From an uncultured bacterium (lineage in GTDB: Bacteria; Cyanobacteriota; Vampirovibrionia; Gastranaerophilales; Gastranaerophilaceae), in the NCBI GenBank assembly GCA_902796305.1, contig CADBOJ010000072.1, positions 3,682-67,681 of the forward strand: DNA of 64,000 nucleotides, given 5' to 3'. The position numbers and the translations under genes are program-made. Shown piece after piece: positions 54,153 to 62,244 of the stretch (its first letter is position 1; each line of letters starts with the position of its first letter). A model generated the notes under the pieces. That model was not told the origin of the DNA. It worked only from the letters and a program-made list of their open reading frames with translations, and made no database searches.

Positions 54153-54887
54153 ATGCAAAAAGATATTATTGCCTTTTGGGGGTATCCCGAAAAAGATATA
54201 ATAAGTCAGACTAAAATAGAGTACCCTGAAGCATCATGGGTTGATTTGGATATAAATTATAATTATCCGGATTTAAAGATTATCCCCGAAAATTACTGTG
54301 TAATTATAAAAAATATAGTAAATAACGCTTTTTATCTTAAAGACAGGATTATTAAAATTTTAGCGCCCATAGGGAAAGACAAATGCGACAGCGCATATTT
54401 TATAAGTGAAATACTTATAAACGAGGGGTTTAATATAGTTCAAACAATTTTTGAAGAAAAATGTGAAGATTATAATTCCTTAAAGCTACCGATTTCAAAG
54501 AGCAAACTTCCCTTAAGGAAAAAAGTCGAACTTATAACAAATAATATTGTTGAACAAAAAGATTATTCTAATCTTGAAGAATGTGTGCCTGCTTTTGGTT
54601 TTTGGGGAGTTCCACCGAACGACCTTTCGATTTTAGAGCTTTTTCCCGATAATACGGAGGTTTTCGGGTGGATAAGGGCGGTTGAAGCAGGGTATCCGGG
54701 GGATTATAAACTTGAAACCTATGTAAAAGAAAATTTACCGACAATATTTTTTACGCAGGCATTTTGTTCTAAAACAGCTCTTGCAAAATACCTTGCGAAT
54801 AAATATGAGGGACTTTTTATAGATGTTGATAACACTCCCAATAATTCCGCAAAAGCAAAAATAGAAGCGTTTTTAAAACTGAGGTAG
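54153..54887 (+). CDS. hypothetical protein, possibly a small 2-hydroxyacyl-CoA-dehydratase-family (HgdB/BcrC-like) partner of the adjacent activase
   Basis: 244 aa, 5 Cys. Weak resemblance only (GFWGVPPND, FFTQAFCSKTA). It is 3 nt upstream of the activase-like gene. Confidence 0.35.
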   Translation: MQKDIIAFWGYPEKDIISQTKIEYPEASWVDLDINYNYPDLKIIPENYCVIIKNIVNNAFYLKDRIIKILAPIGKDKCDSAYFISEILINEGFNIVQTIFEEKCEDYNSLKLPISKSKLPLRKKVELITNNIVEQKDYSNLEECVPAFGFWGVPPNDLSILELFPDNTEVFGWIRAVEAGYPGDYKLETYVKENLPTIFFTQAFCSKTALAKYLANKYEGLFIDVDNTPNNSAKAKIEAFLKLR

Positions 54888-54890
54888 CAA

Positions 54891-55541
54891 GTGGCTGAGA
54901 TTTATATTGATGCAGGAACAACCTGGACAAAAATTTTAGAAATTAAAGATAATAAAAAAACATATAAAATCATTGAAAGCGGAAAGCTTAAAAGCCTATA
55001 TTCAAATTGCAAAAAAGCAACGGGGCATACCGTAATTAAAACGGAAAAATATATCAATGAAGCGGTTGCACTTGCTCTGGGAGCTAAAGAATATCTTAAA
55101 AAGGATTATACCGTCCTTGATTTAGGCTCAAGAGATATCAAATGGGTAAAATATCAAAATAATAAATTTAAAGATATGGACTGGAATACTGCCTGCGCAA
55201 GTGCTACGGGGGCAACGGTTGAAATGCTTTTAAAATTTTATAATTTAAAAACCGAAGATTTAAAATTTACAAAAGAAAAATATGCAATAACCTGCGGTAT
55301 ATTCGGACTGGAAAAAATAATGGATGATGTATCACACGGTCTTGAACCAAATATTGCGGTTTCAAAATTCATACACGGACTTGCATATAATGCGTTTACC
55401 TTTACCAAAAATTCGGAAGATATATGTATTTCGGGCGGTTTTTGCGAAAACAACTGCTTTATTGAAAGTTTAAGGCAGTATGCAAATGTAACTCCGCTCG
55501 GGCGGTTTGTTCTTGTTGACGGACTTTTAAATGAAAACTAA
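54891..55541 (+). CDS. BcrAD/BadFG/HgdC-type ATPase (acyl-CoA dehydratase activase-like), short form
   Basis: 216 aa, GTG start. ASKHA phosphate-1 motif IYIDAGTTWTKI, DLGSRDIK, and the two cluster-ligand contexts CASATGATVEML and ITCGIFGLEKIMDD (compare CAAGTGRFLE / TCAVFAESE). Confidence 0.65.
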   Translation: MAEIYIDAGTTWTKILEIKDNKKTYKIIESGKLKSLYSNCKKATGHTVIKTEKYINEAVALALGAKEYLKKDYTVLDLGSRDIKWVKYQNNKFKDMDWNTACASATGATVEMLLKFYNLKTEDLKFTKEKYAITCGIFGLEKIMDDVSHGLEPNIAVSKFIHGLAYNAFTFTKNSEDICISGGFCENNCFIESLRQYANVTPLGRFVLVDGLLNEN

Positions 55542-58500
55542 TAAGTTAATATATCTTCAATTTGTTTAATGTATTCATCCTGTCTGAATGCATTTTTGAC
55601 AATATATTTAATGATTTTTGTCTTTTTAATTTCTTTTGAATATTTTTCCATAGGTTCTGAGCTTATTATAATAACGGGCGTATTTTCATAGTCCGGATTT
55701 TCTCTTAGTTTTGTAATAAATTCAAAACCGTTCATTTCAGGCATTTGTACGTCGGTTATTATAAAATCATATTTTGTTTGTTTTGTTTTTTCCAAAGCAT
55801 CCAATGGTGCGCTTGCAGTTGTTACCGTGTAGCCTCTGTTTGAGAGTATGTTTTTTTGAAGAGTTCTTGTTGTATAAGAATCATCTACAACTAAAATTTT
55901 ATATTTTGAATTATCCCTCATAACAATGCCGAGATGAATATTTTTAATTGAACCAGAGATTTTTTTGGAATTTATCGTAGAAATTATATCACCGACATTT
56001 AAAATTAAACATGTTTCCCCGTTTGCAAGGGTTGTTATTCCTGATATATGCTTAACTTTATATAAAGGCGGTGCCAGTTTTTTATGAACAATTTCCTGAT
56101 CGGAAATTAACTTTTCAACAATAATTCCGAATGTAATGTTGTCGGTTTCAATAATCAAAAGAGTGTATTTATTTGTTTGATTTTCATGGTTGTTTCCAAG
56201 ATTTAATATTGTTGAAAGAAGATATATTGCAATGGCGTTTCCGTTGTAAATATAATAATTATGGTTATCTTTTTCAAATATTTCATCGGCATTAATTCTT
56301 GCAATAGTTTTAATTACCGAGGTTTCTATAGCATAAAGCTGTTTTTGTTCTTCAATAATAAATACTTTCTTTGTTGCAATAGCTGCAGGAAGTATTATTC
56401 TTACTATCGTTCCCTTGTTTAGTTCGGAAAATATATCTATTCTTCCGTTAAGTTCATTTATTTTATTATTTACAATATCAAGTCCTAAACCTCTTCCGGA
56501 TAGTTCCGTTACAAAATCCTCCGTAGAAAAACCCGGATAGAAAATCAAATTCGTAAGTTCTTCATTGCTGATTACATTGAGTTCTTCAGGGGTTAAGAGT
56601 TTTTTTTCAAGAGCTTTTGCTTTAATTTTTTCTATATCAAGACCTCTGCCGTCATCTTTAACGTCAATTACAATCATCGCATCTTTATATGAAGCTTTGA
56701 TTTCGATTTTTCCTATCGGATTTTTTCCTATTAGTTTTCTTGTTTCAACATCTTCTATACCGTGATCTATTGAGTTTCTTATGATATGAATAAGAGGAGT
56801 TTTAATTTCTTCAAGAATTGTCTTATCCGCCGCAATATCGGCTCCCTCAATGGTAAAATCTATTTTCTTGTTTTTTTCCCGCGCAATATTATGAACCATT
56901 CTCGGAAAAAGCTGAAATATGGTTGAAAGAGGCAAAACCCTCATATTTTTAACCATAGTTTCGATTTCCGTTGTTGTTGAATTTAATTTATTTTCGCTTT
57001 CCTGTAACTGCTTAAATAAATTAGACATTTCTTTCATTATAATTCCGATTTTTTCGGTATGTTGCTCGCTTAAACTGCTGAGCTGTCTGTTATATGCGGC
57101 AACTTTTCTTATATCATAAGGTTCTTCATTGTATGAATTTTGCAAATATTTCTTATCAAAATATTTAATATAATAATCCATTTTAATAAAGTTTTTTTGC
57201 CATTCCGCCAAGTCATTGTTTATCTGTTTTGCAAGAGATAACTGTTCATTGGTTTTTATTTTTGAAACAATTAATTCTCCGATTTGACCGACAAGATTAT
57301 CAAGTTTAATTGAATCAACCCTTAAAGTTTTGATTTCCGTATTTGTTATGGTATTTAAAAGTTCTTTCTGGCTGATTTCACCTGCTTTATTTACCTTTAA
57401 GCCTGTTTCTTTTGTTTTATCTTTCTGCTGAAATTTTACCATTGTTTTAATAATATTTATTTTAACAATAGCTTCTTTAATGCTTTTTTCATCTTCGGTT
57501 TTTGAAGTTTCAACGGCTTCTTGAATTCCGAGCATAACATCATGCGGTAATACCATACCCCGTTCTTTATAAATTTTAACTATATCTCTTGCCGCTATTA
57601 AAAGCTCTTTAACCGAAGTTTTGTTTTCGGTTAAAACAAGGTGTTCAAGTTCATTATAAACATCTTCAAAATACTCGATATTCAAAACAAGCAAAGGAAC
57701 TTTTGAAAGCAGGTCATCAAGTTTATTAAAATCAGGATTAACAAAAGCTGTTATTTCAGTATTTTGATTAGGTGATTGTTCCGTATTTTTCTTATCCGGT
57801 TCTTTGTTTTCTTCTTTATCATCTTTGGGATTATTTAATTTTTGTTCGACTATTTCGTAATAGTCCTGTCTTTCAATATCTCTTTTATTTGTATAATCCG
57901 AAATCAGCTCGATAAAACCCGATATTGCGCTGTTTAAATCAAGAAAATCAACCTCTTTTTTATCGGATACTTTAAACTTATCCAAAAAATTAAACACATT
58001 TTGAACTTTGTATTTTATTGATAAAATTTCATCATCGTTAATCCCGTTAAATAATACCAGAATATTATTTAAATATGTTTCTATTGCATTAACTTTGTTA
58101 TAATCTTTGCTAATCCTTGCTTCTGAGATTGTATATAAAATTTGAATTATATTTTCTTCAATTCCGCTGAAATTTTTCAAAAATTTCTCTTCATCTTCGG
58201 TCGTTTCTCTTTTAGGAGATGTTTCTTTTTGATAATTTTTATAGTTGTTTACTATATCTTCAAGTTTTTCAATATATTTTTCAATATCCAGACTCGTAAA
58301 TTCTTCTTTATTTTCAACGGTCTTATTAATAAGCATTGTAATAAATTCAAGACATTCCGATATCGTATCATTAATTTTCGGTGTTATTACAAGCTTATTT
58401 TCTTTTACAAGGTTTATAACATCTTCAATTTTATGTGCAATATTTTGAATATTTTCAAACCCGAGCATTCTGGCAGAACCCTTAAGGGAATGAGCATCTC

Positions 58501-58642
58501 TGAATAATTGCATTGCAACTTCATTGTTATTTCCTTCTCTTTCAAGAGTCAGCAATTTTTCATCCATGGACGAAATAATTTCCAAGCTTTCCTGCTGAAA
58601 AATATTTAATATTTCATCAAGTTCTTCTCTTTGAAATTCCAT
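55538..58642 (-). CDS. cheA: chemotaxis histidine kinase CheA fused to a C-terminal receiver (CheA-REC hybrid)
   Basis: 1034 aa. Hpt (FRDAHSLKGSARMLG), P3/P4 (LRVDSIKLDNLVGQIGELIV, HIIRNSIDHGIE, DDGRGLD, GRGLGLDIV), a CheW-like P5 domain, and REC (ILVVDDSYTTR ... DFIITDVQMPEMNG). Confidence 0.9.
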   Translation of the reverse strand: MEFQREELDEILNIFQQESLEIISSMDEKLLTLEREGNNNEVAMQLFRDAHSLKGSARMLGFENIQNIAHKIEDVINLVKENKLVITPKINDTISECLEFITMLINKTVENKEEFTSLDIEKYIEKLEDIVNNYKNYQKETSPKRETTEDEEKFLKNFSGIEENIIQILYTISEARISKDYNKVNAIETYLNNILVLFNGINDDEILSIKYKVQNVFNFLDKFKVSDKKEVDFLDLNSAISGFIELISDYTNKRDIERQDYYEIVEQKLNNPKDDKEENKEPDKKNTEQSPNQNTEITAFVNPDFNKLDDLLSKVPLLVLNIEYFEDVYNELEHLVLTENKTSVKELLIAARDIVKIYKERGMVLPHDVMLGIQEAVETSKTEDEKSIKEAIVKINIIKTMVKFQQKDKTKETGLKVNKAGEISQKELLNTITNTEIKTLRVDSIKLDNLVGQIGELIVSKIKTNEQLSLAKQINNDLAEWQKNFIKMDYYIKYFDKKYLQNSYNEEPYDIRKVAAYNRQLSSLSEQHTEKIGIIMKEMSNLFKQLQESENKLNSTTTEIETMVKNMRVLPLSTIFQLFPRMVHNIAREKNKKIDFTIEGADIAADKTILEEIKTPLIHIIRNSIDHGIEDVETRKLIGKNPIGKIEIKASYKDAMIVIDVKDDGRGLDIEKIKAKALEKKLLTPEELNVISNEELTNLIFYPGFSTEDFVTELSGRGLGLDIVNNKINELNGRIDIFSELNKGTIVRIILPAAIATKKVFIIEEQKQLYAIETSVIKTIARINADEIFEKDNHNYYIYNGNAIAIYLLSTILNLGNNHENQTNKYTLLIIETDNITFGIIVEKLISDQEIVHKKLAPPLYKVKHISGITTLANGETCLILNVGDIISTINSKKISGSIKNIHLGIVMRDNSKYKILVVDDSYTTRTLQKNILSNRGYTVTTASAPLDALEKTKQTKYDFIITDVQMPEMNGFEFITKLRENPDYENTPVIIISSEPMEKYSKEIKKTKIIKYIVKNAFRQDEYIKQIEDILTY

Positions 58643-58661
58643 AGTTAATGCCTTAAAGAAA

Positions 58662-59711
58662 TTATCCTACAGACTTCTTTAAATTATTTGAAGCGTTTTC
58701 TATCTCCGTAAAAATTACTTCATTTTCTTTATTTATTGAACGATTGGTTTCAATAATTTGAGATATTTCTTTAACGTAATTACTTGCGGTATTTGAATCT
58801 TTATTAATTTGTTTTGAAGAAGTAATTATTTCCTGCATATTCTTAGATATCTCATTCATGATTTGAATGAGCTGTTCAATATTTTCACTTATAACATGAG
58901 CTAATTCAAGTCCGGATTCAATTTCTTTTGTACCTTCTTCCGTTGCAAGTACCGTAGAATTTGCAGTTTGCTGAATATCATTAATTAAGGATATGATTTT
59001 TGTCGTTGCCTGTTTTGATTCATCGGCAAGCTTTCTGATTTCTGATGCCACAACGGCAAAACCTTTACCGTGTTCTCCGGCACGTGCCGCTTCAACGGCT
59101 GCATTTAAAGCAAGCAGATTTGTTTGTTCGGCTATATCTTCAACAAGACCTATTGTAGAGGATATTGATTGTACAAAATCCGATAATTCAAGAATAAGTT
59201 CCGCTATGGTTTGGATTTTGTGTCTTATTGAGAACATTTTTTCAATATTTGATTTAACCGCACTGTATTCATCATTTGTATAACTTAAAGATTTATCGGT
59301 TTTTTCTTTTGTGGCATCTGTTACGCTGTTCATGGAAGAAGAAAAATCCAGAAGATTTTGAACAAGCGTTTGAATGCTTCTGATTCTATCTCCTGATACG
59401 GTATTATTTTCTTTCTGGCAATCATTTTTAGATTGAATATTTGCAATTTCATCAAGTGTTTTTGTATTTGATGCCAATACTATACTATCAAGACGCCTTT
59501 TTATAAAATTTTTTTCAAGATAGAAAATCAGGGATACGCTTAATAATGCTACACCGAGAACTATTCCAAGTTCCAGCCCCGTATATTCAAGAAAATGTAC
59601 AAAATAAAATATTATACACATAACGGTAAAAATTAAGGCTACGTCAACTATTTGTTTAATTATGAGTTCTCTGTTAATATTTACTTTGCTGTTATCTAAT
59701 TCTTTTAACAT
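58662..59711 (-). CDS. methyl-accepting chemotaxis protein without periplasmic sensor domain
   Basis: 349 aa. TM hairpin with a 4-residue loop. Highly conserved signalling tip [39 protein letters not shown]. Confidence 0.9.
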   Translation of the reverse strand: MLKELDNSKVNINRELIIKQIVDVALIFTVMCIIFYFVHFLEYTGLELGIVLGVALLSVSLIFYLEKNFIKRRLDSIVLASNTKTLDEIANIQSKNDCQKENNTVSGDRIRSIQTLVQNLLDFSSSMNSVTDATKEKTDKSLSYTNDEYSAVKSNIEKMFSIRHKIQTIAELILELSDFVQSISSTIGLVEDIAEQTNLLALNAAVEAARAGEHGKGFAVVASEIRKLADESKQATTKIISLINDIQQTANSTVLATEEGTKEIESGLELAHVISENIEQLIQIMNEISKNMQEIITSSKQINKDSNTASNYVKEISQIIETNRSINKENEVIFTEIENASNNLKKSVG

Positions 59712-59782
59712 ATTCCACCTTTATATAAAAAATTGTATAATTATTACATTATTATATTAAATATTTTAAAATAAGTTAAGCT

Positions 59783-61213
59783 ATGGCAAAAAAACTAATT
59801 ATAATAGATGATAGTTCAACTTCTTTGAATTTTTTAAAAACTTTGTTTGCAAAAAATTCATGGGAAGTATACGGCGTAAATAGCGCTTCAGAAGCTATGG
59901 ATTTAATATATGATGTTGCACCAGACTTGATAATAACCGATGCTATTATGCCTCATGTCGGAGGTTTTCAATTTTTAAAAAATGTAAGGAGCAATGAAAA
60001 AATATCTAAAATTCCAATAATTATATATAGTGTACTGCCCGAAGAAAACGCAAAATTCTATATAAGAGAACAATTCGGCGAATATTTTCTGACCAAAAAT
60101 GACAATTCGGATGAAATACTGAATTTAGCGGAAAATGTCATACAAAAACATCCTTTAAGCGAAGAATATAAAGAAGATATATTGATGGATGAGCTGTATA
60201 GAAGCAAAGCTTCAAACGAACAAATAAAAAATGAAGAAGAAAATATTGTTTGCGATGAACCCGAAAAAGATTTAACCATAAATCGTGAAAAGCTTGAATA
60301 TCAATTCAAAGAAAAATATAATTTTTCATACAGTGATGAAAAGATTTTTTCCGAAATTTTTCCCCTGCTTTATAAAATACTTGACTATAACTTGTGCGTT
60401 ATATCGGTTGATTACTTTGAAAAAAATGAAAAAACGGTTTTTTGTGATATTAGAAACATAATCTTAAGTCCGATTTTTCAAAAATTTTTAATCGAAAAAT
60501 TTAAAGCTTCAAATATTGTTCTTTATAAAAAATATGCTCCCAATTTAAAAATGATGATAAATGAGGATGAATTTCTTTCAAAAATCGAGTTTAATTTTGA
60601 ATATAAGGGTGAAAATATTGCAAACATAATGTTTTATTCCATCGAAAAATCAAAATGGCAGACAGAAGAAAATAAAGAAATTCTTGAAGAAATTTTATTC
60701 AGGTTTTTTAAAGCAAGATATGTAAATAAAAAAGTATCAAAAAATAAGAAAGACGGTTTTGCGGGAAAATACCTGACGGATAAAATCGATTTGAATATTT
60801 TCAATAAAGCCGAAAATAATATTGCAAGAGAAGATATGTATACCTGTATTTTAGAAATAGCTAATTACGGCGAGCTGAGAGAAAATTTCGGTCAGGAAGA
60901 TTTAGATGTTATCAATTCAAAAATTTCGGAAAAAATTATAGAAACTTTAGAAAAAGAAGAACAAATTTATAAGAACGGTGAAGATGAATACACTGCGGTT
61001 ATATACGCAAAAGACTCCAAACACGCACTTTATAAATTAAATTCAATTGTAAATATTATAGGTAAAATTAAATATGAAAATACCGATATACAAATTATTG
61101 CGGGCGCAAGCAATTGTATCGTAAACGGCGAATACAATATTTATGAAGCCCAGAAAAATGCAAGAGAAGCTCTGGAAAGTACAAATAATACGGAAAAAGT
61201 GATTATAAAATAA
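59783..61213 (+). CDS. response regulator: receiver + linker + degenerate GGDEF-like domain
   Basis: 476 aa. REC (LIIIDDSSTS ... DLIITDAIMPHVGG). The C-terminal domain has NGEDEY in place of GGDEF and EIANYGELRENFG in place of DxDxFKxxND. Confidence 0.7.
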   Translation: MAKKLIIIDDSSTSLNFLKTLFAKNSWEVYGVNSASEAMDLIYDVAPDLIITDAIMPHVGGFQFLKNVRSNEKISKIPIIIYSVLPEENAKFYIREQFGEYFLTKNDNSDEILNLAENVIQKHPLSEEYKEDILMDELYRSKASNEQIKNEEENIVCDEPEKDLTINREKLEYQFKEKYNFSYSDEKIFSEIFPLLYKILDYNLCVISVDYFEKNEKTVFCDIRNIILSPIFQKFLIEKFKASNIVLYKKYAPNLKMMINEDEFLSKIEFNFEYKGENIANIMFYSIEKSKWQTEENKEILEEILFRFFKARYVNKKVSKNKKDGFAGKYLTDKIDLNIFNKAENNIAREDMYTCILEIANYGELRENFGQEDLDVINSKISEKIIETLEKEEQIYKNGEDEYTAVIYAKDSKHALYKLNSIVNIIGKIKYENTDIQIIAGASNCIVNGEYNIYEAQKNAREALESTNNTEKVIIK

Positions 61214-62244
61214 TGAAAAACGTAGTTACAATTCAAAATAATGAAATACCAAATGAAGATATCAGCGATTACTATACAATTATAGAAACTGACGGTAAAA
61301 AGTATGCCGTTAAAACTTCTGAAGTGCTTGAAATTTTAAAAATTATGGAGCTTGATAAGCCAAATTCGCTTCCCTCCTGTATACTTGGTATAATCAAATA
61401 TAATCAAATGCCTGTTGGCGTTATAGATTTAAGAAGTATATTTAATGAAAAAAGAATAGTTTATGATGTAAGCGCAAAGATAATAACTTTAAAATTAAAT
61501 GATAAGTTATGTTCCGTTGTATGCGACAATGTACTCGATATAAGAAAATTCGATAGACAATATATACATCCCGTTCCTTATCAGGGTGCTGCTAATTTCT
61601 TTAACGGTCTTTATGTTAATAATGAAGAAAATATTTATCTTTTAAACATAGAAAATATTTTAAAATTTGTTGAAGAATGTTCAAAACAAATTAATCAAAA
61701 CTCAAAAGAAGAAAATTATATTGCATGTGATGAAGAATCCAAAAGAATTCTGTCGGAAAGAAAAAAACTGATAGATAAAATAAAAGACGAAGTTCAAACA
61801 ACAATACCTTTATATAACAGGGGGGTTTCTTTCCTGATTAATGATGTTAAATATTATATCAATATGGCAAGTGTCAGAGAATTTTATAAAGTCAACAATT
61901 CAAAATTTATTAAAGTTCCGAATACCCCTGATTATATATTCGGTCTGATAAATATTAAAGGTGAATTCATAACGGTTCTTGATATAAGAAGATTGTTTAA
62001 TACAAGCGCCGCATCAATAAAAGAAAAATCAACAATAATTATTCTGAATTCAAATGAATATAAAGCGGGAATTCTTGCGGATGAAATATGCGAAAGCATG
62101 GATGTTGATTTTGATGCAATTATACAAAACAGATTGAATAATCAGGACGAAAATAAAATGATGGAATTTGTCAATAACGGAGAAATCTATCAGGTATTGG
62201 ATGTTGAAACACTTTTAAGAGATGAAAGGCTTACTGTCTGCTAA
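61213..62244 (+). CDS. tandem CheW-domain coupling protein
   Basis: 343 aa. Two CheW-like domains (YAVKTSEVLEILK...GIIKYNQMPVGVIDLRSIF and YYINMASVREFYK...GLINIKGEFITVLDIRRLF). The start overlaps the upstream stop (ATAATG). Confidence 0.8.
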   Translation: MKNVVTIQNNEIPNEDISDYYTIIETDGKKYAVKTSEVLEILKIMELDKPNSLPSCILGIIKYNQMPVGVIDLRSIFNEKRIVYDVSAKIITLKLNDKLCSVVCDNVLDIRKFDRQYIHPVPYQGAANFFNGLYVNNEENIYLLNIENILKFVEECSKQINQNSKEENYIACDEESKRILSERKKLIDKIKDEVQTTIPLYNRGVSFLINDVKYYINMASVREFYKVNNSKFIKVPNTPDYIFGLINIKGEFITVLDIRRLFNTSAASIKEKSTIIILNSNEYKAGILADEICESMDVDFDAIIQNRLNNQDENKMMEFVNNGEIYQVLDVETLLRDERLTVC

